Of a stretch of DNA of 64,000 bases, positions 12,190 through 23,900 are shown piece by piece. A program made the translations under genes and the position numbers. Numbering within the stretch: position 1 is the first letter of the stretch; each line of letters starts with the position of its first letter. The DNA is from Negaprion brevirostris (Eukaryota): contig JARDVH010000169.1 in NCBI GenBank assembly GCA_030324005.1, positions 10,841,224 to 10,905,223 on the forward strand, written 5' to 3'. The notes beneath the pieces were generated by a model. That model had not been told where the DNA came from. It was given only the letters and a program-made list of their open reading frames with translations, and searched no databases.

Positions 12190-13094
12190 GTGCAAAACAC
12201 ACTTTTAGAAGTGTGACTCTGTATCTGTTATTCTCCTCCTCCTCCAGGTCCCATGCCCAAGAGGGTGTTGGTGACCAGACTTCCATTGGATTTGTTATGA
12301 TAATGACTCGCAAATTCCTCCAGTGGTTTGCCATTATCTTTTCCAATATGCTGATCACGGCTCAACTTTGGATCTTCTTCAAACCGCTACCAATGCAAGC
12401 ATCTCACTATGTAAGTAAGGAGACCAAAACACAATATTCTCAGTGCTATTGCCCTGTACAGTTGTTGCAAGACTTCTTTCCTCCATCCTCCCTTCAAGAC
12501 AAGGTCAATACTCCATTTGCCATACTATATAATTGTTCATCTGAGTAAAACTTTGTGATTCATGTACAAAGTCTTCCTTATAACTCGTTAGAATTCTAAC
12601 TTGTGCCCATTTAAAAGACATTCCACTTCGCTATTCTTCCTGCCAAAGTGAACAATCTCCCGTTCCACCTACCAAATTTTTGCTCTGTTGATCTATCCAT
12701 ACCCCTTTGCAGATTCTTTGCATCTTCCTTTCTATCTTTGCATCATCAGCAAATTTAGCTACAATACATTTGATCCTTTCATTCATATCATTAACATACA
12801 AGAATTTGAGGCTCCTGCACTGATTCCTGTGGCACTACACGAGTTAGTCTGTCAACATGATAATGACCCATTTATCCCATCCCGATTTCTTGTTAGTTAG
12901 TCAATCCTCCAACTGTGCTAATATTACTTACACCACAAGTTCTTCTTGTATAGTAACCTTTTATCTGGAACCTTACTGAATGCCTTTTGGAAATTCAAAT
13001 ACAGCATATCTACTAGTTCTCCTTTATCCACCTTGCTTGTTACATCCTCAAAGAACTCTAATAAATTTGTCAAGCACTATTTCTGTCCCACAAA
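12190..13094 (-). mobile_element. Decayed CR1 LINE (RT region)
   Basis: gaatgccttttggaaattcaaatac (reverse of YLDFQKAF) and atcctcaaagaactctaataaatttg (reverse of TNLLEFFEDV). Confidence 0.75.
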
Positions 13095-14008
13095 NNNNNN
13101 NNNNNNNNNNNNNNNNNNNNNNNNNNNNNNNNNNNNNNNNNNNNNNNNNNNNNNNNNNNNNNNNNNNNNNNNNNNNNNNNNNNNNNNNNNNNNNNNNNNN
13201 NNNNNNNNNNNNNNNNNNNNNNNNNNNNNNNNNNNNNNNNNNNNNNNNNNNNNNNNNNNNNNNNNNNATACTGGTCTGCGATAACCTTTTCATTCCATCA
13301 ATAAACTCTGATCTGACTTTGAAATGTGATTCCTACAGGAATTTTACTGCAGGTTCCAATCAATCAGAAAAGACATACAATTTTGAATTACCAGTTTAAA
13401 AATGGCAATCTTATCAACATTTATCCAAAGAAAATATTACAATCAAAATATAGATGGAACAACTGATCTAATTTTTAATCAATTTTGAATTCTGGAATGT
13501 GTTTATAAAACAGCATGAGAACTCCACACCTTGCACAAGTGCCTCACGTTATGCATAAAGGTATGTTTTCTAGATTTGTTCCAAAAATAAAAGCTCTGCT
13601 TAAACTTGGAACAATAGACAGTTAAGACAAGCTAATAAGTGGTTGTCACACCGAATATTCTATTAGAGCACAGTGTTACTTAAAGCAATGAAATCATGGT
13701 ACACTTCCAAAACCTAGAGTATCAGAATACAAGAATTGGAATAGTAACAGCAGTTTTTAATTACAATTTGAATTCATATAATGGCTTTAATGTAGGAAAA
13801 GCATGTAACCTTGTTCCACTCTTACCTCTAAAAATTACACCAGCAGCTCACAGGCAACTGCACTTTCGAAATCCCAATAATCCAGCCTTTGGCTCTCCAT
13901 TTGCCACAACATTTGTCACCTCCACTGTACCGCACCCTCACCTCACCTTCGATATATCAGTCCCCAATAAAATCATTATTCTCTTTCAGCCTGGAGTACT
14001 GACCTTTC

Positions 14009-14185
14009 ATAGAATCCTACAGTGTAAAAGGAGGCCATTCAGCCAATTGAGTCTGCACTGACCCTCCAACAGAGCGTCCTACCCAGATTCACCCAAACCC
14101 ATAACTCTATGTACTTAGCCCACTTGGGGCACTAAGGAGCAATTTAGCATGATCAATCCAACAAACCTGCACATATGTGGACTAG
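14009..14185 (-). mobile_element. HE1-type SINE 3' fragment
   Basis: catagaatcctacagtgtaaaaggaggccattc...aatttagcatgatcaatcc. Confidence 0.75.
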
Positions 14186-14189
14186 CCCA

Positions 14190-15725
14190 CCTTGACAAAT
14201 TTCCCCTGCTACCTCAGCATCTTCTTCTAGTGTCTCTCCTATTTCTTCAAGCTCATTTTCTCGTTGGGTACCACCACCTGGGTTCCATTTCTACTAAACC
14301 ACTAACCACCAAATTCCCTCCTGGACTCCGTTTTAAACTTCTCTCTTCAGTTGTGTCTCTCTCCTTCAATTCAACACCATCAACTCTTTCTCTGTAAACT
14401 AACAGCTCACCTCCCTTTCTTGTCCCAGTACTTGAATGCATTTCTGCCTCCCAAATCTGTGCCCATCTTTCTCAGAACTTTTTGTGTTTAAATCCATCAG
14501 GTTAGATTTCCGCCCATATAAAAGTACTGAAATGATTCTTATCAAAGTTATCCTACGTTAGTGTGACAATGTAAACTGTTCCTCATCTTTCTTGATGTGT
14601 CTGCAGCCTTTGACATAATTGATCACACCATCCTCCTCCAACAACTCTCCATGATCACCAAGCTGGATGGGACTGTTCGCGCCTGATCTTATTCTTATCT
14701 AACTACAGCCAGAGTTCACTTGCTTCTGAGTGCTACCAAACCATTACCTTTGGTGTCTCCAAAGGATCTACTTTTGATCCTTCCTTTTTCTCATCTACAT
14801 GCTACCCCACAGCAATATCATTCAAAAACACAGCACTGGTTTTCATATGCACATTGACAACACCCAGCTTTATGACGATACCACTTCTTGCAGCTTCTAC
14901 AATGTTGCTAAGTTACCACAATGATTACCCTTCATCCAGCACTGGCGACTGGTTGAGCAGAAATTTCATCTGAAGCCATTGTTTTTGGTCCCCACTCCAA
15001 ACTGGTCCTCGATTACTGACTCCATCTCTCTCCCTGGCAACAGTCAAAGATTAAACCAGTCTGTCACATTTGACCCCAAAATAAGCTTCTGACCACATAT
15101 TTGTGCCATTAAGACCACCTACATCTCAGTAACACTGCCCAACTTCACCCCAGCTTATCGGCTTCTGAACCCATTATTCATGTCTTTATCTCCAGACTAG
15201 ACTATTCTAACATATTGCTGGCTTGTCTCCCATATTCTACACTCTGTAAACCTGAAATCATCCAAAGCCCTGCAGCCCATGACTTAACATGCACCATATC
15301 TTAACTTGCACCACATCCCAATGCCCTACCACTCCTGCACTCACAGACATACACTGGTTTGAGAAATATCTCAATTTTACAATTCTCATCCTTTTCTTTC
15401 AAATCCCTCCATAGACACACCCCTCTTTCTATAATCAGCAGCACCACAACTCCCAAATTTAATTCTGGTCTCATGCGTCTCCCGAATTTTAATTTCTCCA
15501 GTTAGTCTTCAGTTGTCTAGTCCCCAGGTTCTGGAAAATCATTCTTACCTCTCTGTCTCACTTTCCTTCTTTAAAACATCCTTAAAGCCAATCTCTCTGG
15601 TTTTTTTTGTTATCTACCTGCCATTGTGGCTGGGTGTCATACTTGGTTTTATAATGATCGTGTGAAGCTCCTTGGGACTTTTTATTATGTTACAGGCACT
15701 ACATAAATATAAGTTGTTATCATTG
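14190..15725 (+). mobile_element. Decayed L2 LINE (RT through 3' end)
   Basis: Degenerate LDxSAAFDxIDHTILLQ and GVxxGSxxxPxLFLIYMLP motifs; L2 3' end gtgaagctccttgggac...ataaatataagttgtt. Confidence 0.8.
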
Positions 15726-16404
15726 TTGAAAATATCCCAAGGCACTACTCAGAAGCATAAACAGATATGCCCAGGGGGCTGAAGGAACAGACAGCAGTAC
15801 TGGAATAAGGCAGATGGTGCAGGTGGGGAACTGGAAACATGGACAGTTAAGAGGCTAATCATGGGAACACAAGAGCTCTTGAAGGATTGGATGAGTTTAC
15901 AGTAATAGGGAGAGACAAAGAATCCATGAAATTATACAAACACCAGAATTTTAAATTATTGAGTGGCTGAATACCCTAAGTCTGCTCCTATTTTTATGTT
16001 CACATATTTGAAACACAGAGGGACCAGGAGCCAATGTAGGTCACTAAGAGCAGGGCTAATGAATGGTGCAGGAGGGGAAAGGACAGATCAGCTGTTGTTT
16101 TAATTTTTCCATGGATGATGGAAGGACACAACTATGATAGTTGACTCTGGAAGTGGTTATGTTGTGAATGAGGATTTCAGCAGAAATGAACTGAGACTGG
16201 ACATATGCAGGCAATGCTATGAAGGAGGATGACTGCAGACTTTCTGATGGTGCAAACAATTACATACTTATATTAGAAATACAAAATGCAACCCTTTAGT
16301 TTTGGCAGTTTGTTTTAATGTGACCAATATTGAGATAGTTCCTGTCCAATAACAGCCTGTTAGCTCGAAAATCCATTTCTTCAGATTAAAAACTGAATAA
16401 ATAT

Positions 16405-17690
16405 GAACATAAGAAATAGGAGCAGGAGTAGGCCATTAAGCACACTGAGTCAGCTCCACCCATTCAATATAATCACAGCCAACCTTGGGCCTCAACTCCA
16501 CTTTCCTGGCTGTTCTACATTCACCCGATTCTCTGTGGCATCAAAAATATGCCTGTCACAATCTCGAAATATGTTCAATAATGCAGCATCCTAAACAATC
16601 TGGGGTTGAGAATTCCAAAGATTCACAACTCTGAGTGAAGAACCTTTTCCTAATCTCAGTCCTAAATGATCAGCACCTTATCCTGACTGTGCCCCTACGA
16701 TCTAGATTCTCTAACTTTGGGAATCAACATCTCAATGTCAACCCTGTCAAGTCCCTTCAGAACCTTGAATATTTTAATGGGATCATCTCTCATTCTTCTA
16801 AACCTCAGAACATAAATCCAACTTATTCAGCCTCTCAGAGTTATAGAATCCCTACAGCGCAGAAGATGACCTTTCAGCCCATAGAGCCTGGTGCAGGATC
16901 AATCTCCATGACCCACATATTTACCTTGTTAGTGTCAGGGGGACTAAGGAGCAATTTAGCATGGCCAATCAGCCTAACATGCACACCTATGAACTGTGGG
17001 AGGAAACCAGAACACCTGGAAGAAACCCATGCAGACCTGAGGAGAATGTGTAAACTTTAGACAGACCATCAACCAAGGCTGGAACCGAACCGAGGTCCCT
17101 GGTGTTGTGAGGCAGCAGTGCTAATCACTGTGCTACCCTCAGCATGGGAGAACTCTCACCCCAGGGATCAATTTAATGAACCTTCCTTGTACCACCTCCA
17201 ATGTAAATACATTCTTCCTTAAATATAGAAACTAAAGTTAAAGAATTCCAGGTATGATGTCAGTAAAGCTCCATGTAATTGTAGCAAGTTTTTTTTATTC
17301 TTGTAACCCATTCCCTTTGCAATAAAAGCCAACAAGCCCTTTGCTTTCGTAACTGCTTTCTTTATTTGCATGCTAACTTTGCATTCCTTGCCTGAGCGTA
17401 CCAAAGTGAATAACCTCACACTATACTCCATCTGTCACCTTGTTGCCCATTCACTTAACCTGTCTATATTGCTTTGCAGCCTCTGTGTGTTCTCTTCACA
17501 GCTTGCATTCCCACCTGTGTCATCAGCAAACTTATATGTTACTCTGTCTCTTTGCCCATGTCATTAATACTGATTGTAAATAGCTGAGGCCCCAGCACTG
17601 ATCCTTGCGGCACTCCTAGTCACAGCATGCCAACTTAAATGTGCCATTTATCTCCACTCTGATTCCTGACCATTAACCAATCGCTATCCC
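16405..17690 (-). mobile_element. CR1 LINE 3' portion with a nested HE1 SINE (16843-17140)
   Basis: Tail gaacataagaaataggagcaggagtaggcc; reverse of VPQGSVLGPQLFTI at ~17575-17615. A full-length SINE interrupts it. Confidence 0.8.
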
Positions 17691-18865
17691 TCTCCATTAA
17701 CTAATCCTCCGTGGTAAATCATTTGCAATCAGTTAAGTTATATAAAACAAAGAAGAGTGAAGTGTTCTATATCTTCAGCATTTTTGATCAAGTTTCCATC
17801 TATTTTGCTTCCTTCCTGGGAGTCCAATTTATTTACAATGGATTATTTGTAAGCAACGACCCTGCTTTGCAAATATCCCTTTAGCTAATACTATCAAAAG
17901 TTCAGATTGGCTCTCATTGATTTTGTTATTGTTTGTAGCAGGTTATTAACATATGCTGCAGTTGTTTTGGTTATATTACAGTTGTGTGAAAATACTTTGT
18001 TACATAAGCAGAAATATAAACACGTGCATCTTGAAGAGCAGGAGAGAGTTCGCCCAGTGTCTTGGCTAATGCTAATCCTTCAACCAATATCACAAACAGT
18101 ATCTTTTGACAATTCATTTTACTGTGATCAGCAGGTCCTTGCTGTGTGTAATCTGACTGCCACAATGGCAGTGATCTCATTCAAAAGTAAATAATTAGCT
18201 GCAAAACACTTTGGAAGATGGATGCTATAACGTGCATAAGATAAAAACGCAACTTCTTCCTTTCCCGAGCCCATTCATAATATCGAGCTATCTGTAGCTA
18301 GAATAGTTCAAAATGATGAAAGTGAAATGCAAGGTCACCTTACTCTTCGTTTGGGATATCCTTAACCTTTGACCTTCAGAGGCCAATCAGATATCATGTT
18401 AGAACTGGTGAAAGCAGCAAACAACCATTTATAACAATCCTCTAGGTACACAGAGAAGACCACTTCCGTGAGAGCTCAAAGTGATTAATGCATCCTCAGC
18501 ACTTAATCAGATAATTTAAACATACTATATTAAATGCCTCTTTACATCTCATCAACATCACTGAGATCATTACATCATCATACAAAGTTTGAATTTTATA
18601 CTATTCAGTGGCCTATGTCAAACATCAGCCAATTCAGAGAAGTTCCCTAATTCAAGATGAATATAACCTGTCCTTTGTTTTTAACCTGAAATTTAAACAC
18701 AACTCATGTTTGTTTAAATAGTTTTGCAACTTGCCTCACTTATGATCATAAATTTCACTCCAAATTGTTCCCTTAAATTGACAGCTCTTGATATTAACAG
18801 TTCAAAACTAAGCAAACACTGCAAATTCATTGGTTAGGATTCTCTTTTCCCACCCATACACCTAC

Positions 18866-19487
18866 CTTTTCTTTTTCATGAGGAAGATGGGTAACTGGTA
18901 GAGACGAAGGGGAAGAATTATTGTATTTTGTTGCTCCCCTGCCTCCTGCATTCCCATAATTCAATCNNNNNNNNNNGGCCATCCTTTAATATTCTCCCAT
19001 TATTCACAGCACGCTTGGTAGCTAGTCTAAGCCTCTGCTGAAATGTTGAACTGCTGGTAATAGTAGCTAAATCACTTTGGCTTCTCAAATATTTCTCTAT
19101 GTTCTTAAGTGAGGAACCATTTGGTTCTGCCAATCCTTCAACTGCTCTCTTGAGTATCTTATTCCAGTCCACATTACTAATATCAATGCAGTTTCTTGAT
19201 GTACACCCTTGTGTGGATTTTGAAAGACTGCAAGGCTTAATGGGTGTGAAACGTCCAGGTTTCTCTGGATCCTTGTAGGATGAAAGCCCTTTATTTGTAA
19301 CTTTAAGAATAGTGCCATCTTTCACACTAAGTTCCAGTTGTTCTAGAACAGTCTTCCTATCTAATCCATGTGAAGAGGATACTGCATGGCAAATTCTCTC
19401 CTCTGAGGGCCTTTGCTTTTGCTTTTTCACCTTCTGAATAGCTTCTAGAATCCATTCAGTGTATAGTGGGTTTGCAAGCTTTACCAT
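18866..19487 (-). CDS. kat6b: Histone acetyltransferase KAT6B (MORF/MYST4), first coding exon: N-terminal winged-helix WH1 and H15-like WH2 domains
   Basis: Translates as [36 protein letters not shown]...[20 protein letters not shown]...[22 protein letters not shown]. After the 10-N gap (18967-18976) a shifted frame reads [34 protein letters not shown] and ends at a phase-0 donor AAG|gtaggt (18866/18865). WH2 residues and the adjacent adk indicate KAT6B rather than KAT6A. Confidence 0.95.
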
Positions 19488-19785
19488 GGTTGACCATTCA
19501 TATGTTGTTCAATTCCAATATGTTAGGCCTAGAAATTATTCCTCGTCTATGCATTCCATCAATCCCATGCCAGGAACTAAAAGGCTTTCCTGAGAAAATA
19601 ATTCGTTGAAGTGAGGACTAGAACATGCCTTAATACCAACTTCTGTAACATTTTTGCCAGTCAAAAATATCCATCAAAACTGCATTGAGCCCAATTAGCC
19701 TTACAACAGGATAATCTTCTGAAGGTTCAACCAACAGGTTTCCAAAAGACTCCCAATGGACTAGTTGTAAATGTGAGAATAGGTC
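19488..19785 (-). other. kat6b: kat6b 5'UTR portion of the first coding exon
   Basis: Polypyrimidine tract and acceptor ...ccttttgccttacag|GACCTATTC at 19786/19785; contiguous to the start codon (gtcaaccATGG). Confidence 0.7.
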
Positions 19786-20611
19786 CTGTAAGGCAAAAGG
19801 TAAACAGTGTTAAATGTGTCCTTGCAAAATTCATTGAAGTCAAGAAAATAAAAGCCCACAAACCTAACAACTTAGCCCCTACATGACATGTAGCATATCT
19901 GCAGGTTATGATGAGTTTGTTAGATTGACATTTTCAAATCCCTCATGTTTACATCAGAATGTCACCATTGTAAACACACGTGCAAGGCTGCAAGTTCTCC
20001 CAATCTCGCTGTAGATTTTTTTAAGGTGTAAATATATATATAGGGCATGATGTCACTCCCCTTCTAAAACAAAAATCAATAAAAGTAGGAAAACTCGGTA
20101 GCATCGGTTGTATATTTTCAGGTGAGCAACTTTGGCAAGGACTTGTTTGCTAACCTCTCCCGCAATCCAAATGTATCCTATAGAGGCCTGAACTCGGGTG
20201 GCGTTGCTTGCTTTCTTCTTCAAAAGGAGTAATAATTTTTTTGGAAGGGGGGAATTGCAGATGACCAACAAATGAACAATCCGCTGGTGAGCAGAGAGCT
20301 CTGCAATCAGCCCTCGACCTGCTGGCTGGCAGCAGCATCCTGTCTGTGTGAATCGGCCTCAATACCGCATCATCAGCATTCAGGGGGGGCACACCAGAGA
20401 ACCACTGCGTTAAAGCCCAGCCAGGATCTCCAAAAAAAGGGACATCTCGTCATTAACCATAATCACGGCAGCCCATAAGCCTTCCGCATTATTCCCTTCA
20501 GGTAGAGCACATCCCGTCTGCCTCTTAAGATGGAAAAAAAAGGCTTGGCTTCGAAACAAAAACAGCTTTGGAAGAGGAGGAGGAGGGGGGAAGAAAACAC
20601 AGATCACGCAC

Positions 20612-20745
20612 CTTGTTTCACACTTGAGCGCAGAATGGGCTGATAGCTAGCAGAGCGGGCGCCATTTTGTTCCAATGTTTGAACACCGGAGTTTACATGA
20701 AAGCGACATGACACTGATTACAGCCGAATGGAGTCCCATTATACC
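20612..20745 (-). other. kat6b: Probable non-coding first exon of kat6b
   Basis: Lies just downstream of the GC/CCAAT promoter cluster. Contains a sense-oriented YY1-type AAAATGGCG (20660-20668) and ends at donor AAACAAG|gtgcgt (20612/20611). TSS position is approximate. Confidence 0.55.
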
Positions 20746-20950
20746 CCGGCGTGCAACCTAACTCCAGCCTGGAAGTCCCGCCCCTCCGCTCTCCCATCAT
20801 TGGCCACGCGTCCCCTCCACCCCGGCCAGCCCGCACCACACCGCCGCCTGATTGGCAGAGGCCCTTGTCAATCATCAGCCCCCTTTCCTCCCCCTCCCCC
20901 CCGCCTCATCCAGCAGGTTCGGTTGGCCCGCAGTATTTATGTCATTTGCG
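20745..20950 (-). promoter_or_regulatory. kat6b core/proximal promoter
   Basis: ETS-like GGAAGT at 20771-20776 abuts GC box CCCGCCCC at 20777-20784. Two minus-strand CCAAT boxes (ATTGG at 20799-20803 and 20851-20855). C-tracts and high CpG density. Confidence 0.65.
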
Positions 20951-23900
20951 CACTGGGCTACAGCTAAATTTTAAGTTTGACGCGCTGCCTCCCAAGTTAA
21001 TTTGGCTGTGTCGCCGATGTATCACGTCGAATTATTTTTTCATCTCCCCCTCCGAAATCAGGTCACAAGTGCTGCAAAAAAAGACGCGAGTAGCGATCAA
21101 TTTTAAGTTTCAGCGAAATGCCGTCCCGAATTAAAACTGATTTTTGAGGCTTCTTGCACGGCAACTGAATGTCAAGTTGCTCCCTTTTATTCTTAAAAAA
21201 ACCCTCTCAAGGCAATATTTGGAAGACCGACGTTTTTAAGCACCCCCTCCCAAATCTATTATTTCTGAATGGTGAATGTTAAACTAGAGATCGATGTTTG
21301 GATGAACATTTGGATCAGTGTCGAGCGCAGTGCTGCCCTCACTGATACCAGCAACCACCCCCTATCGCTTAACGCAAAGGCGGGGGGGGGGGGGAGAGAA
21401 GGATAAAGAGGAAAAAAACACAACAAAGTGGGCCATTTCATAATTTCTTTTCCCCCCTTCCCTGCCCGTTGCAAATTAATATTTATGAGGGGAGGTTTGT
21501 CTTGGTGCTCGGCTCGCGCTGCTTTTGAAAATTCAAACGGGAGCTGGCAAGTTGCTGCCTTTTAAAACAACCTCAGCCGGGAGGAAAATGGCGCATAAAT
21601 GTGTAATGTGTTTCAGATATATAAAAATATATCTTCATATATATATATATAAACAAAGCATGCGGAACTGGCACCTCATTTCCCATTTTTTAAAAGCCTT
21701 TATTTTGTATTTGAGAGGTGGTGGGAGTAGGAACAGCGGCTAAGAGAAAGTATCTGAGGCGGTTGGAAGCTTCTGGAAAGTGCTCCCCGGCCCCCCCCGT
21801 GGCCCAACGGTCGCTCATTAAGCAGGCGGCGCGAGACAGCCCCGCGCAGTCGTGGGGGAGGCAGGAGTCACACGACGGCGGGCTGCTAACCGCCGCTCAC
21901 GGGATTCGGTCTCCCGCAGCCGCCTCATTACCACCTAGTCCCAAAGGTTAAAACATCTGCGCGCGCGCCATCACCAGTTAGTGCCCGCTGCCACCCGCGC
22001 CAGTTGGCGCCCTTGCCCCCCGTCTTGTTTTGTTCGTCAGGGCGCTTCCAACTCAGTAGCCTGCCAACTTGTCCAGTTTCCTCCCCCACCCCCAACCCTT
22101 CCAGCTTTTATTGTGAAGTCATTTTTTTCAAAAAACAAACTTATCATTTTTAGATTTAAGTTTATTTGTCTCCACTTCCTCTTCTTGGAACAATTTTAAT
22201 AACCTCCCAGTAAACAGGCTTGCGACCTGGTGGCTTTTTGGCTCAGATCTTGTGCTATATGCCAGCTGTCTCGATTTCTTACGCAGGGTAACAGATGGCA
22301 CACACAACCACACAGGCGAGGTACTGTAAACCACACAAAATAGCCCATCATTAATTCTGAGGGCATTTCTTCCAACCCTGTTTTGAACTGTATTTGAGGT
22401 CCACTTTGTGTACACTTGCATTTTATATATTGATATACATTAGTGAATGTTCTTTTTCACCAGTTAAAAATTACCTCCAACTAAAAATCTCTTAATTACA
22501 GCAAAAGTGTGTTTTGCAAAACTATTGCTGAGAACAAACATTGATAAATTAATATGGAATTTTTTTAGTAATGTTTACAAACATTGAACTGCTACTGCTT
22601 CCTGGAATTCCAAATCAAATGGATAAAATAATCATATGTGCACAAATATTTATCAACTATCTGATCCATAAAGATTAAGGGTAGTTCTGAGAGCTTAAAG
22701 TATATGCAAGTTAATTGTGGGTGACAATAATTCCAATACTTTCCCAAGGATAGCCAAGTTCGAAAACACAGTTAAACTTAATTGATCAAAAGTCACATGA
22801 AAAATAATATGTAATTTTGTGATTTTGGTACCTTTTTTCATATTTTAATCAGGGTCATGGACTTGAGTGCTTGTTAAATGGGGATGACTATATTGAAACA
22901 CACTAGGTTCAGTCATGTAGGATGCTGTTTTGTTTATATGAGGCTTACAATACCGTGGAACCTCATTGTGAAGTGTAGTGAAATATGAACAATTAGAAAT
23001 GTGCTCCAAATTAAAGAACATACTGGCATAAAGAAAGAATGGTAGAACACTGTTTGCCATTGGACTGTGTTCCCATTTTGTGGTAGAGTGGAATCTGCAA
23101 ATTCATTTTTTTTGACAATATGGCAAATAAACATGATGAGTATTTGCTAACTACATATCAGCTAAAAACAGAATGATTTAACGATCACTGTGTGGAATAC
23201 CAACAATTTTATTCTATTAACCATGGACCATGCCCCTTCAATGCAACAGTGTTTACATAATATAATCCCTATTCACTCCCTTTGTTAATTTGGAAGCTGC
23301 ATACTTCAAGATTTGTATCTTGGATCTTTGTATCTAGAAATCTTTATATAGGAAAGAGTCCATTCAGCCCCTCAAGCTTACACTTTCCAACTCAAATTTG
23401 TCATATACCTCTTCAAAATAGCAATGCACGTGGTATCCTGTGATTTTAATTAATTTTCTCCAAACATAGTGTTCATTTCTCATAGTCCATGTGATACCTG
23501 TGGAATACTTCACCTAACAATTTAATAAAGTTTTGTTTTGTAAATAGCACATCATGCAAACAATTCTCATACAGGTAGGGACACATTTACTATACACACA
23601 CACATATGTGCAAAAAACAATCAAAAACTACTTTCTCAAGAGCCATCAGCAGTTGAAACATTCAAACAGCTGTCAATGGCTCAACATCAGCAAGTGTACA
23701 GCTGTAGGTACTGGAATTTATGCTGAATAACTCTACCATTGTCCAAGAAAAGCATTAACAGATTAAAACCCCAGTTGTAAAAGGCAATTATAATTTCTTA
23801 AAGTTGGATCACTTAAATTACACTAATAAAATCTTACACATGGAACTGAATGCAATACTTATTCAACAAATAGATGGAACTGTTGGAATTCAAGTTGAGA

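Larger units (their letters stand above)
20090..22100. promoter_or_regulatory. CpG island at the kat6b 5' end
   Basis: Abrupt rise in GC and CpG (e.g. gcgcgcgcgcc near 21960, cccgcgcagtcg near 21841) against an AT-rich, CpG-depleted background; free of SINEs and LINEs. Confidence 0.8.

Noticed and set aside
1-18865. Next kat6b exon (PHD finger, PxADPIPICSFCLG)
   Set aside because: Not found by eye on the minus strand; it presumably lies beyond the left edge of the window.
18918-18966. ORF-track C-terminus [15 protein letters not shown] suggesting a truncated KAT6B
   Set aside because: Wrong frame caused by the mis-sized N-gap; the adjacent frame gives the conserved peptide and a splice donor.
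20053-22421. Cluster of short Pro/Gly/Arg-rich ORFs in the CpG island
   Set aside because: Expected from high GC and scarce stop codons; no recognisable protein similarity.
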